A stretch of DNA of 64,000 nt from Schmidtea polychroa (taxonomy: Eukaryota). How positions within the stretch are numbered: position 1 is the first letter of the stretch; the number at the start of each line of letters is the position of its first letter. This document shows, piece after piece, positions 12,964-26,150 of the stretch. The stretch is taken from assembly GCA_044892525.1 (NCBI GenBank), contig CM097885.1, positions 23,500,001-23,564,000 of the forward strand. Direction: 5' to 3'. The notes under the pieces were generated by a model. That model searched no databases, had not been told where the DNA came from, and saw only the letters and a program-made list of their open reading frames with translations. Made by a program: the position numbers and the translations under genes.

Positions 12964-13373
12964 TAAATGTTTAGTTTTTAATCTCTTAATATAATTTTTT
13001 ACTATCAGAATGAGTTTTCTTAAGTATAGATGAATTTGTATTTTTGTATGGCTTTTCATTTCCTAGAATTCGGTCGATTTTTAAAAAATTAAATCATAAC
13101 TTCTCATTCACGCTTTTACAACTAGATAAATATTGATTTTTCACGCAATTATTCAATAATAGAAAATTTATTAGCACTATCATGATACAATATTTTAAGA
13201 CGTTCAATTTACAAATCTAAATAAATACGATCATCAATTCATAAATATATCCTAATAATTTTTCATAATTAGTTTCTTGTTACATTACAATTAAAACGAA
13301 TCCATTATGTACAAAGGCCGTAAGAAGTTTAATTCGATATTTCAAGCAAACAATTGAAACAACAAACCAATGC

Positions 13374-13740
13374 ATAATAATAAAAACTAATTATAATAAA
13401 TAATAATTAATAATAATAATAAATAATAAAAATAAATAATAATAATAAATAATAAAAATAAATAATAATAATAAATAATAATTATAATAAATAAAAATTG
13501 ATAATAAATAAAAAAAAATAATAATTAATAAAATAATTAATAAAAAATAATTATAAATAATAATTATAATAAATAATAATTATAATAAATAATAATTAAT
13601 AATAAATAATAATAATAATAAATAATAAAAATAAATAAAAATTAATAATAATAATTAATAAAATAATTAATAAAAAATAATATTAATAATTAATAATAAT
13701 AATACAAATAAATAATAAAAATAAATAATAAAAATGATAA
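13374..13740. repeat. Degenerate (AAT/AAAT)n low-complexity tract
   Basis: Almost entirely A and T, AAT-based repeat. Confidence 0.95.
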
Positions 13741-13982
13741 CAGAAATCATAAGGATAACAATAATCAATATAAACAAATCAAACAAACGCGATTATACAC
13801 AGATCAGAACAGAACACTTGCTAAACAGCTCACATCACATTTCCAAAATTAATTTATAATTTGGAAAAATCAACAATAGAGATCACAACGAGAAAATTGA
13901 TAATTATTATATATTAATACTGCTGCCAGAGTATATAAATAAATAAATATTGGGCGATTGGTTGATATATCATCTCCTACTG

Positions 13983-15953
13983 TCAATTGGATGAAATATT
14001 TTCGATGCTCGAGAAATCATTGGCTGCTGCTGTTACGTGACGAGTTTCGGTAACGCTTGCTGTCGATATAGGCGGGTTTGTGAACAGCAACAATGATGAA
14101 GATGAGGCTGAGGCTGAGGCTGATGGTAATGAGGTATCTTGACAGCAAGTCCCGATTGGTTCTGATTTCTTCGGATTTGGAATGGTAACTGAATTAGCAG
14201 CAGCATTAGGAAGGATGACAGAAGGATCAGGAGTATCAAGCTTTTGAGTATTGAATGCAGATGTGGCAGTTTGGTCGATGATTATTGGCTGTTGCTGTTG
14301 CTGCTGCTGCAGTTGCTGTTGTTGATCAGATGATGTTCGACAGGAGCTCAAATCGACAACTTCATTCTCGAATCCCGGATTACCAGTGGCTGGAGTTGAA
14401 ACGATTTCCAGAGGTTTTAAAGCGTTGATTTGAGGATATGAAAAATCGAAAGGAATTCTTTTTGGAACGCCTTTTTTCCGTTTGCTTCGATTGACAGAGG
14501 ACAATGAGAAATTGCCAGCAGTTTTCAAATCGCACTTTTCCTGATCGTTATCATTGTCGGAACCGTTTTTATTTAAATGCAAAAGATTCGGTGTAAGCTG
14601 TTGGGGTTGAGAATAATCATTTTTCGACAAATCAGATTGCATAGATGACGAACCGGATGATGAGATCGGTTGCTGGAAGGATTTCGAGATTTTACAGTGA
14701 GTTTTCGACGGTTTAGAGTCTTCGATTAATCCCGTAGAAAGCGAAGAATGAACAAGCTTTTCATCGGGAAAAGAATCAAGAGATGGAACATCAATCGACA
14801 AAAATTCTTCTTTGGAAGTGGAAATATCAGTAATTTTGCTGGTTTCGATGGATTTTTTATTACTACAATGTTGATCTTTATTTTGCTTCATTTTCATTCT
14901 TTCAAGTTTAACGAAACAGTGCTTGGTGTTGTCTTCATCTTCCTCGTCAATCTTGCTGGAATCCGTTGTCAGATGTGTGGACAATACAATCGGATTCGTT
15001 GAGGATTCATTTATGGGATTTTCACTGCTTGTAAATATCCCTTTGATATTTAATCCAGTCAAAATCAATTCCACTTCGGTATTGTTATTGTTAGACGATC
15101 CGGATTCTGTGCATTTATCGATATCTTCTGGAGGTGGTCGTTCGACAATAATTTTGCGACTTCTAGTTCTTGGCCTGGAACTAGAAGCTTCAACAGCACC
15201 GATGTTACTGTTATTTCCCGGTATCCATTCATCTTCTGCCGGACTGATTTCACTAACGGGTTTCAATTCACCCTTTTTCGATGCTACTTTTTTCTTTGTT
15301 TTTCTCGACATTTTTTTATTGGATTTCGTTTTCGATTTTGAGATTTTTTGTTTGGATTTCAATGTTTTTTCTTTAACTGGTTCGATGATTGGTTCGGCAT
15401 TTTTTAGGAGATTTACGAAATCACCGAAATTGATTTCGCTTCCAAGATTCGATTGATCATCGACTGTTTCTTTTACAGAGCTAACAGTTTTTTCTTCAAT
15501 ATCTTTCTCATCTGTCGATGAGGATTTTTCGGTGATTTTCTGTGGATCTTCAATGGGGGTTGGGTCATTTTTGGGGGTTTGCTGAAATTCGTCAACTACA
15601 ATCATCAATTGTGGGGAATTGTCGGATGCCTCTGATGGTAAAGTTGTATTTTCTTTGATCAATTCCACAGATTTAACAATTGGACATTCAGAAGATTCAG
15701 TCAATACGTTTTGTTTTATTATTTTTTTCGGCTGAACAGATTTACGAGGACCGTGCGTTATGGGTTCAGTTAAGTTACGTAATGGTGATTTTGAACCTGA
15801 ATTTTCACAAAGAGGACTTGCACCCCTGCTCGATGGAGAAGATCCTGATACACTTGAGGGCGTAGAACTAAGAGGAAGGTTTTGACTTCTTTCAAATGCA
15901 AATTCAACAAGCTTGTCTATTATTTTTGTTAGTGATTTCATTTTCATGGATAT
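13983..15953 (-). CDS. ASH1L: ASH1/ASH1L, terminal exon (long low-complexity C-terminal tail)
   Basis: Acceptor TTTTTAG|ATA at 15953 is in phase 0 with the donor at 17478 and is open to TGA at 13983. The three exons total 6282 nt (2093 aa). Confidence 0.8.
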   Translation of the reverse strand: MSMKMKSLTKIIDKLVEFAFERSQNLPLSSTPSSVSGSSPSSRGASPLCENSGSKSPLRNLTEPITHGPRKSVQPKKIIKQNVLTESSECPIVKSVELIKENTTLPSEASDNSPQLMIVVDEFQQTPKNDPTPIEDPQKITEKSSSTDEKDIEEKTVSSVKETVDDQSNLGSEINFGDFVNLLKNAEPIIEPVKEKTLKSKQKISKSKTKSNKKMSRKTKKKVASKKGELKPVSEISPAEDEWIPGNNSNIGAVEASSSRPRTRSRKIIVERPPPEDIDKCTESGSSNNNNTEVELILTGLNIKGIFTSSENPINESSTNPIVLSTHLTTDSSKIDEEDEDNTKHCFVKLERMKMKQNKDQHCSNKKSIETSKITDISTSKEEFLSIDVPSLDSFPDEKLVHSSLSTGLIEDSKPSKTHCKISKSFQQPISSSGSSSMQSDLSKNDYSQPQQLTPNLLHLNKNGSDNDNDQEKCDLKTAGNFSLSSVNRSKRKKGVPKRIPFDFSYPQINALKPLEIVSTPATGNPGFENEVVDLSSCRTSSDQQQQLQQQQQQQPIIIDQTATSAFNTQKLDTPDPSVILPNAAANSVTIPNPKKSEPIGTCCQDTSLPSASASASSSSLLLFTNPPISTASVTETRHVTAAANDFSSIENISSN

Positions 15954-16870
15954 CTAAAAATGCGACTCAGAATTGACAAAGTTCAAAGAATATTTAAGAA
16001 AATTATTGTTATAATCAATAATTGACCGTAAAGGTTTCTCAACAAAAAAAACATTATGTCGGGAGCTCGAGTGGAAATGAATCGTAAAGTAATTTTCTAG
16101 ATATATATGAATCTAAAATTAGATGCTACTGAAATTTAGGTAACTTAGGAAGATCCAAGGAGACAGAACTTATGTGATAAAGTTGTCAGTATGAAAAGCT
16201 GATGATAAATATAAAAATATTTTATTAGCACTCATTATAGATCATCTTTATGAGAAAAATATATATTTTCAATTTCGATATTAAATAATCAATATTTATT
16301 AATAATTGATAGTTAAATCATTGTAAGAATATTAGCTTGTTGTTTAAATAGTTGAGATTTTTAGGCGGGTATTTTAAAACAATTTCAAATTTCATTATTT
16401 CTTAATAAATTTTTGGAAATAATATTCCTAAAAAATTGTCGGCTTGTTATTGATTTCCTCAATTTCGGGATACTTCTTATAATTGTTACTCGATCTAAGT
16501 ATTTCTTCTAATATTTACATTTTTCTATTTTCATTAACTTATTCCTCATTTGAATAAAATAGTATTTTTATTATTATTATTGAAATAACGATCTGTTAAA
16601 TCAATTTATTATATCAATATCGAATTAATTTTTTATATATTTATGGAATTATAGTTTTGTCATAATTTAAGTAATGAATTTTAATTTTTGACAATATTTT
16701 GACTGTGTCGAGTCCTCAAGATTAAGAAACACTAGGAAACAGAAATATGACTGACACTAATAACGATTATCATCTATAGCAGTGTTTCTCAACAATTTTT
16801 TGTTTATGACATTCACTATTTTATCAACACTAGATGTTATTCCATCACACTAGAGTCTAATTAATGAATT

Positions 16871-17093
16871 AATAAATTAATGAAAATACTATACATCTGA
16901 ATTCAGTCACATTTTCCCAGGTATATATTAGAAATATTTATATCAATGTAACGCACAGTCCTTTCTATTTAATCGTCTAGTGACTAGACGATTAAATAGA
17001 AAGGACTGTGCGTTACATTGATATAAATATTTCTAATATATACCTGGGAAAATGCGACTGAATTCAGATGTATAGTATTTTCATTAATTTATT
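16871..17093. repeat. Near-perfect 223-bp palindrome (111-bp arms, 1-nt loop) in ASH1L intron
   Basis: Centre ...AATCGTCTAGT G ACTAGACGATT... at 16982. One mismatch seen (GTCAC versus GCGAC). Confidence 0.95.
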
Positions 17094-17478
17094 TCTCATT
17101 TGAATAAAATAGTATTTTTTAATAATATTCAAATATCAATTTATTATATCAATATCAAATTAATTTTTCATATATTTATATTCTGAACAATTATAGATTT
17201 ATGAAATTATAATTTTGTCATTATTTAAGTATAGAATTTTAATTTTGGACTGTCATAGATGAAATTTTGAACAAATTAGTTGAGATATTGACGATCTAAT
17301 CAAAAATTTAGTTATATATTAAAAACAAAATATTAAGTAAAATGAGTTCAAAACAATGGATAATAAATCCTAGGCACGCCCGTTTCGTAGCGATTGAGGT
17401 TAATTTAATACAATTTCTTTACATAATATATAAAAATTAAATTCTGTTAATATTCTAAAAAAACAAATATTTTATTAC

Positions 17479-20400
17479 CTTTTCCTCATTGGATAGTTTC
17501 TGAACACCGTTGTTAGTGATGTTTAGATTATTATTTGCCTCAATAAACGGCAATGATCCTTCATCAATGTTTACAAGATCCTCTGCCAAATATTGCCTGG
17601 TAAATCGTTCACTATTTCCCAATTCGTTGTTGTCATGGAATTTCTCAAAACAATACTGCTTCGTGTTGATTTTCAAATAACCCGGATCTAATTCACTCCA
17701 TTCTCCATTTTGATTGACCATCCAATCACAGACAAATACATCGAGATTGGTATTTTGTGCATTGTTTTGCAACAGAGGCCGTCCTTGTCGAAACGTATAG
17801 CTGTTGAGAACAAAACAGCGCCCCAGGCAAGCATCGAGTGGTAATATTTTCGTGAAATCTGTATAGACGACTTCAAATTGATGCCATTTGTGAACAGTCA
17901 AATCAACAGCAGACAACGAAGATTTCCGTTTATTTGTTCCAGTGAGTTTTGTTGAATCGATATTGGTTAGTAATTTTAATTTGTTATCATATGGCCTCAA
18001 AAACAAGCCTCCTTCCATCCATCTTTGACCATTGGAGTCTTTCCATAAACTGTAGATTCTCATAATCGTTCGACTGGCCAAATCGGTTGGTACCATTATC
18101 GAGGAAGACAAAGGAGAATTTTTCGATGATTTCGGTTTGATATGTGTCGGTTTTGAGTCGGGACTACTGGAAATATACACAAAATCATCGATTTTGAAGA
18201 GATGATCAGATTTTAAAAGTGTCCAAAACAGAGTGTTATCTGAGCCAATCGTTTCGTCGGAAATTACAAAATGGCGAGGAATTTCTCTGATGAGGTTTTC
18301 TGTGGGAATATTAAGACAAATATGACAATAATACGGTTCCATGCGAGTTACGTCGGCTAATTCCGAAGATCTTGCAACGTTCATACAGTAGGCATGTTGC
18401 CACACGAAACAGCGATCACATTGAACCATTACATGACCAGCTTCGATTAAAAATCCACAAATGCATTTAATGACTTCAGCACCTCTTTCTAAACGACCTC
18501 GGGCACCAGTTATAGCACTGATTGCAGTTTGCTTCCGTTTTTTATTTTTATGACTTCCTGCAACATTCGACACGCTAGATTCCAATGTATCGATTTCCGA
18601 TGCCGGCTGATTGTGGGACTTTATTGCAGCCAATGCACTCGTTATCTGCTGTAGGTTATTGGAAATTAATTTCTGTTTATCCTTTTCTTCAAATACTTCA
18701 TCTGTCAGAGCTTCATAGAGAGCGATTGAATTCATTTTCAGTTCTCGATAAATTGGTTTTATTCGTTCAGCACATTGGCCGATATTACTCTGTTTTCCGG
18801 CGTATGATTCGACATTCTGGAGCATTTGTAAGATGTCCTGATCAAATGCCATCATAGTCATATATCCGCCATCCAACAGGCGAGAATACACCTGATTGAG
18901 ACTCGCTACACTGTCACTGCCAATCATTCGATAGAATTCCGGATATTTTTTACGATTCAAGCAATTGATAAATGGAGCGACTAATTGCTGATTCGGATGT
19001 AAAGGATCTTTCTGTTCCAATAGAGTATTGTAAAGATCCTTTAAAACTTGTCCTAATTGGGCAATTCGAGTCAAATTTTCATTGTCTTGTGCATTTTGCA
19101 GTTGTCTTGTTTTAATCGATCTAATAGAATTCAAAGCGGACATTTGAGTAAGGAACTGATTTTTTTTCGCTTTACGACGTTTGATTTCACTTATCGACGA
19201 CGGTAAACGGTTTCCATGGGAAATTTGAGGTTTACGAATTCCCAATCGTTGACATCGTCCCAATTCTCGATTACGAAGAAGAAATACCGAATTTCTAAGG
19301 ATGAATAACTTTTCTCTACCCGACAATAATCTTCCGAAAATATAGAGTAATTTCTTTCGGTCTTTTTGACTTTCTGTTTGTTCTGCTCTCGGTTTACTTC
19401 CGATAAATCCCCGACAACATGCCGATCCACAGAGACAGATCTGTGTGTTTTTCGTATTGAATGAGCAGAAATTGTAATCGTAATACAATTCTGCATCGGC
19501 TGGAATATCTTCAATTGCAAATAGGCACATTCGATATGCACCATTGACCATCCATTTTTGCATTTCACAATTCGGTTGACAACTGTGGTTAACAAATCGA
19601 GCTAGTGAACCACTCCGATAGGCATCGATCAACATTTCTCCGTCGAGATGCAAACAATAGTGATGAGAATCATCCCGATATAGATTCATCATCCGATCTT
19701 GGAATGTGTGTTCATTAATCACTTCACCGACATACTCAACGATAAACGTTCCTTCTCTTATCGATTTAGTAGTTATAACACCTTTACCTTTTCCAGAGAA
19801 ATCTTTCACCTTTAAACCGGGTGCCCATTCACTTTTTCGGATTTTTTGATTGGCACACAACTCCCCACATTGGCAATTTTTTGCCTGGCATTCGGTATAT
19901 GTCAATCGATTCAGACAATTATCCCCACAGTCCCATACAGTTCCCAGTCGTTTTTTTGCCGTTTTGCATTTAATGTTTGGTTTAACATCTTCAACTTTGT
20001 CTAGGACATTTCGTAATTTGCTGGATTTACAACCGCATTTTTCAATTTCTTCGTACCAATGAAGCGGTTTAGAATCGATATATGTGTTTGTGCGTATTTT
20101 TCTATATTTTATATTTTCCTGGTTCCCACTGTCATTTGATATAATCGTTTCGTTGGGAGATGACGGATTTTCTTCCTGGCTTACTTTCTCTTTAGATTTC
20201 TTGAGTTTTGGTTTCTCCAGCTCATCACTCGTCTCCAATTCTTTCAATTTTTTGGTGATTTTTAAATTGTCTACTGGAACATTTTCAATTTCTTTAGATT
20301 TTCTTGAAACTGTTGATTTTTCGATTTTATTTGTTTCGGTTTCTCTTGATTTTCTACCAAGTTTTGGTTTGTCTAATTCTATTGGTTCAATTTGTTTGGG

Positions 20401-20966
20401 TTTAGTTTCAACCGAATCTGTGCTATCTAAGCTGTTATCTGGGGATTTAGCGCGTTTCATTTTACTTTTTGGTCCTGCTGTCTCAACAGTTTTCGATTTT
20501 CTTGGTCGTTTAAATATTTTCCCTAGTGAAGTTTCTGATGATGTATCGTTAGAGTCGGGTCTACTAGAACTGGATTTTTTCAATGATGTATTTTGTTTGG
20601 ATTCAATTGAATTGTCTTGAGACTGTGAACTACTACTGTTATTTAAAGACATTGCCACCATATTAGCAAATCCTCTGGCTGCTGCTTCTCGTTTAGATCT
20701 CTTAAGAGACTCTAGCTTCGTGGGAAATTCAATTTTACTCCTGTCACATATTTTTGCTACATGTTCTTCTACTTGTGGTTTCGGTAATTCTTCACATTCC
20801 ATCGGCTCAAAAGAAGCCGGTGCCATTTCATCTACAATAGGCACAATTGGTTTCTTATCTACTGGTAATTTTATCGATGATATGGTTTTCTTTTTACGTT
20901 TAGATCGTGATCGAGAAATAGGTGCCTTTGCAAGTGCTTTTTCGTCCATTTTCAATTCAATCTCAT
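17479..20966 (-). CDS. ASH1L: ASH1/ASH1L, main exon: AWS-SET-postSET, bromodomain, PHD, BAH
   Basis: AWS CGDNCLNR..C..C.CGELCANQ; SET GKGKGV..EYVGEV..ARFVNHSCQPNC..ELYYDY; post-SET CLCGSACCRG; bromo-like PFINCLNRKKYPEFY; PHD CICG..MVQCDRCFVWQHAYC..YYCHIC; BAH DDFVY..IMRIYSLWKD..WMEGGLFLRP. Acceptor TTCAG|AT, donor AAG|GTAATA. Confidence 0.95.
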
Positions 20967-21988
20967 CTGAATTTTAAGCATTTAAGTGAGAAAGATATAA
21001 TTGCAATCGATCAAAACTTAAATAGCACGCAATTAACTTAAAGCAATGATAATATAATTTTTCGAGAATTCAATGAAGATCAATAAAGAATTGGACATGA
21101 AACAACAAAATGTTGAAGCCGAAATTGTTTTATTATTTTACAATAACATTTAATTTTAATCGACAGCATAATATTTTTATTTCAATATTATTAAAAAATC
21201 AATTCTATCGATAAAATAATACAATTAATTCAATTTTAGAAATATGAATAATTTAGAATAACTTTTAATTTTAATCGACAGCATGACATTTTTATTTCGA
21301 TGTTATAAGAAAATCGGCTTTCTCTATTGCGTGATGCGTAATCAATTTAATCAAGTATTTCTCTTTAAAATCATAAGCTATGTTAAATATTAAACTTATT
21401 TTAAATAACCTTAAATCAGTGATTTGAACCGTTTCACAATAGTCACTGTAAGAGTGTATATCAGCAGAATTTTATCCCAATTTTAGTCACAAAAAAATCT
21501 CAATTTGATAAAAATTTCAGGAGTAATTGACCTTTTAAAGATTATTCAATTATTTTCAATTAGTTTTCGGTTAGGGATCAATGTCTTATATTTAGCACAA
21601 ATTTCCGGTAACTTTTACAGGAAAGAGTGTCGAATAATATTAATATAAACCTTGACCTATAATATCAAACTAAATCGAAACGTAAATGAAAACAGATGAA
21701 AGATGAAGATAAAAGAAATAAATTTATTGATAGTCAAATTTTACAATATATATATATAAATATATATTGTTTGCTAATTGACATTTTATATCATCCGTTA
21801 AGTTTGAATTTGTTAATATTTATTAGAAAATTATTAGCTTCACTATCGGTTGTGTAGCATCAATAATCAGTGTACTTGATTAAATCAATGTATAATGACT
21901 TACAATCAAACAATAATTTAAAATAATAGGTTTTCATTTTTGAAAGATCAATGCATTTACCGATGTTTGAAAAGTTGATGATATATGA

Positions 21989-22699
21989 CAAGGGTGGGCA
22001 CGCATGGGTTCAATAAGAGCCATTTTCCGAAAATTTATTTTTTACAGAGCCACCATAGTAAAGTACATATTTTTTTTTATTTCATTAATTTGATTAAAGA
22101 GACTTAAACGCTATTAAAAAAAACAAAATAATTATTTCAAACATTAAGTAACAAACATAAAAATCCATTAATAAAAAGTAATAAAATTTCTTGAATTAAC
22201 GAAGACTTTTGGTCAAATCTTTGAAATTTGGTGTATACTTTGTTAAAGCTGTTCGCAGCAATTCTGTAAGATGCTGATTGGTCAACTGTGAACGATATTT
22301 CGACTTTACGAACTTCATTGTGGAGTACAAAGATTCACAACAATATGTTGTACCAAAAATTGAAATTAGACGGAAAGCAGCTTGTTTTAAGTGTGGATAT
22401 TTTGCCTCTGGTACGAGTTTCCAAAATTCAACTATAGAAGTATATTTATGGTGCATTTGCAAAGCCTGGTCCTCTTTCATATCTAATAACTCCAATTCCT
22501 CAACCGCTTTTTTAACAAGTATTACTTCAGAAATTGGAAATCCATCTTCAATAATATCACAAATAAATGGGTTCACAAAAAATGCAAATGTAGATTTATA
22601 AAATCGAATTCGATTATCAAGAATTCAATTATCAATGAGCCGCAGTTTACTCAACGAAGAGCCGCATGCGGCTCTAAGAGCCGTATTTGCCCACCGTTG
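21989..22699 (-). mobile_element. Internally deleted hAT element (GTF2IRD2/Buster-like transposase C-terminus) in ASH1L intron
   Basis: TIRs CAAGGGTGGGCA / TGCCCACCGTTG and a perfect 8-bp TSD ATATATGA (21981-21988, 22700-22707). ORF 22196..22576 has EFWKLVPEAKYPHL..SIFGTTYCCESLYSTMKFVKSKYRSQLT (hATC domain). Confidence 0.93.
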
Positions 22700-24514
22700 A
22701 TATATGATATTATTTGACTGCTTTATTTGTAATTTAAAGAGTAAAATTCCCAACTTTTATCGAAAAAATGGCATAAATTGACAAGAGAACTACCAAGATG
22801 TATATATTTCTTATTTAACAGTTAACTTTTAATATTATCCTCATTTTAGTAATGGACTTTATAAATTAGATATTATTTTGACTATTTCTCCTAAACAATT
22901 TATGTGTTGATGAAATTACATTTATTTTCATTCTACTAATAGATAAAAAATGAATTCTATATTTATTAAAAAATTGAGTATTAATCAGTAAAGTTATCGA
23001 TGTTTTTTGATATTCACGAATTTTTTAATGATTTTGATCTAAATTTTAGATTTTTAATTTTCTGATTTATTATTTGGATTTACAATTATTACGTTGGGGA
23101 GTTTCAGCACGAATATAGGTTTTGTAAAGCACAGTAATACCTTGAAAATCTTATGATGAAAACATGTAGTTAATGCTTATATATATTATTGATTGTGTAT
23201 GTCAGTGTATATCAGTTCAATAATTCCCAAATTTAATATTTTTCCAACTATTTTCTTTAGTTTTGAATCTATTTCCATCCGAAATTAAATAATTACTAGA
23301 GATATTGTAAATTTTGCAAGAATTCTAAATTTTAATCAACAACATTTCTATTGCATTGTTATCCGAAAAATTGTCTTCCCAATATCGAATGATGTATAAT
23401 TTGTTCAGCATTTATTTTAAAACTGTTAAATTAGTCCAGGAAAAAAAAGAAATAAAATCTGAAACATTTCCCCCCTAATAATTTTTTACAAAAGTTTGAT
23501 TTATTACCACAACAATAATTAATATGGATCTATTAATTATTAATATTTATTCAATAAAATCATAAATAGCTTATCAATATATAGAAATAATCAAAAAAAT
23601 AATTGATTTATAAAATGCAATATTAAAATATTAATTGAATATGGATTTTTCGTTCCCCTTCTCCAATTTATGAACTAATAGATTATTTAGGTATTTTTAA
23701 GATAAATTTTACAGATTTCTTTCTCGCTCTTAAAAACTTTTGATTGTGCCTGAAAAAAATGTGGGTCAACGACATTCTCGGGCTATAAAAAGGAAATTTT
23801 ATTAGAAAATATAACTTATATTGACTGTTTCATTAAAATTCTTGGTGTAAGAGCGTTGATGTTGATGAGGACATAGAAGAAACATATTATTGGATGAGGT
23901 GTGGATGAGTGGTCCCAAGCAAGGTTATAATTTGAGATGTGTCTATTTTCCTATTATTTTTATATTTGAGGCTATATTTAGCACACTACGTCCAATATTC
24001 ACTTATTCAATAGTGACATCTTATTATTATTGACAGGCAAATAGTTCATTTTAAATAAAATATATTAAATAACTTACCTTGAATAAAAATTTAAATTTTA
24101 AATATTATAAGGATATTATTTAAACAAACATAAATTCATTGAAAATCAAAATAACCAATTGCAATGTATTATATTATTAACTTTTTTCCTTTTTACAATT
24201 GATCTATTTTTATTATCAATTTCCTTTATCTTCCATTTTAAGGCTATAAATCAATATTTTGTTTTATTTGAGAGTAATTTATGACTTCCAATTGCGGTTG
24301 GTGATCAAAGATGGAGTAAAAGAAAGGAACATCGGAGTCAGATTGAGCTTAAATGGTTATTCAAATGTAATGGCAAAAGGAAAACGAAAATGAGTATTTA
24401 AGAATCGTAAATAAGCTAGAAGATATATGTAAAGGATTCTAAGAGATTTTAGGAAGAAAAAATGAAGTATTGAAAAAGAATTGAGAACTAATGCTGAAAT
24501 ATTGTTTGGTAAAA

Positions 24515-24680
24515 TAATATATTAATATTAATAAATCAATAATATTAATAAATAAATAATATTAATAAATCAATAATATAATAATATTAATAAATCAATA
24601 ATATATTAATAAATCAATAATATTAATAAATCAATAATATATTAATAAATCAATATTTATTAATATTAATAAATCGATAT
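24515..24680. repeat. AT-rich minisatellite, unit about AATATTAATAAATCAAT
   Basis: Several tandem imperfect copies. Confidence 0.8.
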
Positions 24681-24903
24681 ATTAAAATCTTTTATTTTTT
24701 CACCATTAATATATTTTTTTATTATCGATTTATTTTATCTTCATTGTGTTTCTGCCTAGAAATCAATAACTTTTTATTTAATATGAATTTTTAACACAAC
24801 TTTTTAAACTGAAAAGAAATGAAAATATAAACGAGATTAAAATGAAAATAATAAATAAATTAGCAATACGAAATATTAATTAATGGTAAAATATTTCACT
24901 TAC

Positions 24904-25726
24904 TTAAAATATCGGAATGTTGTTCGTTGCCTGGCAATTCAGTTTCCTGAGGAGTGTCTAAGACTGGTATATCTTTCGGTGAGCCTGGTTTGTTTGTCTC
25001 GAGTGCCATTAATCGTTTGTAGCGTTTTCGAGGAGGTAACATGCTCGTGTCAACAGAATTGGTTATGGATTTCGATAATATCTCCAAATCATTAGCTTGA
25101 TCAGGTGAACTCTTGAGTTCCTGCGGTAGTAGCTCTCTGCTGGAATTGTTGGCAATATTTGCCAGTTCAATATTTTCAACGAGATTGGTAATTATCGACT
25201 CGATAGATTCATTGATCTCTGGTTCCAGATTTGGAGCTTCCATGCATTCTGAATCATTTTCTTTCACATTCTGTGATGATTCGCTGTTCCCAGCTATTAT
25301 GGATTTGGGCTTTTTCGCTGCTACTTTTGGAGGTTTCTTTTTACCCGGCTTTCTACCGCGTTTGTTTTTCAATGGCAATACAGAAGAATTTAAAACCGGA
25401 GGATTTTCGGAAATATTTTCAATCGGTTCCGAAAACTGTTCTTCTTTCTGAGATTGGTCCAATCGCGGTTCAGATATCGAGAGATTTTCCATGACCGATT
25501 GAAGAGGACTAGCAGGAGAAATCGGTTCGATAATAGCCCCATCTAGATATAAATGGGTTGAATAGGCTACTTTTTCGTCGGTTTCATTGGTTTCAATACG
25601 TTCGACTGCTTCCGGCTGTACATTCTCTAAACCGCTATCGAAATTTGACTTCAATTGAGTAATTTGTTCGGCTTCTTCGTTGTCATTTGTACATTTAGAA
25701 TCACATTTTGTAAATTTAATGGTCAT
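24904..25726 (-). CDS. ASH1L: ASH1/ASH1L histone methyltransferase, first visible coding exon
   Basis: Candidate ATG at 25726 just after an acceptor-like CTTTTACTGTCAG. AT-hook-like KRGRKPGKK. Donor A|GTAAGT at 24903 (phase 1) matches the phase-1 acceptor at 20966. An upstream coding exon cannot be excluded. Confidence 0.75.
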
Positions 25727-26009
25727 ATTGTTTTCTGACAGTAAAAGATTACATATACAACTTTTGCACAAAAATTCAAGTTATATTTCTTTATAATGTG
25801 TCCTATTCATTTCATATAATAAATTATCACTTCGAATCAGTTGCAGCAAGCGTGGGCAATATAGCTAATAGAGTTTAAGGGAAGAGGTTTAATTTTATCT
25901 GTCGCTAAAAAGATGTAGGTGGCGTCACCATCTATATTTTAGTGAAATAATATTTTGAAAATCTCAAACTCCCGCGTTACAGTGAGATAAAACGAAAAAG
26001 TAAAAATTC

Positions 26010-26150
26010 ACTTTTAAATCAATATTCGCACTTTTTAATCAATATTTGCACTCTTTAATGACTATCTGCACTTTTTAATCAATAATTGCACATTTAAATC
26101 AATACTTGAATTTCTATTTCGCAAATTTTGCACTTTAAAATCAATAATCG
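26010..26150. repeat. Tandem ~20-bp repeat (CACTTTTTAATCAATATTTG-like)
   Basis: About six imperfect copies. Confidence 0.75.

Noticed and set aside
7620..13155. TTGCGTGAAA (about 7632) and TTTCACGCAA (about 13139) as Polinton TIRs
   Set aside because: Only about 10 bp match; Polinton TIRs are far longer and no TSD is seen.
14748..25494. Multiple + strand ORFs opposite ASH1L exons
   Set aside because: Antisense shadows of the real coding frames; no independent motifs.
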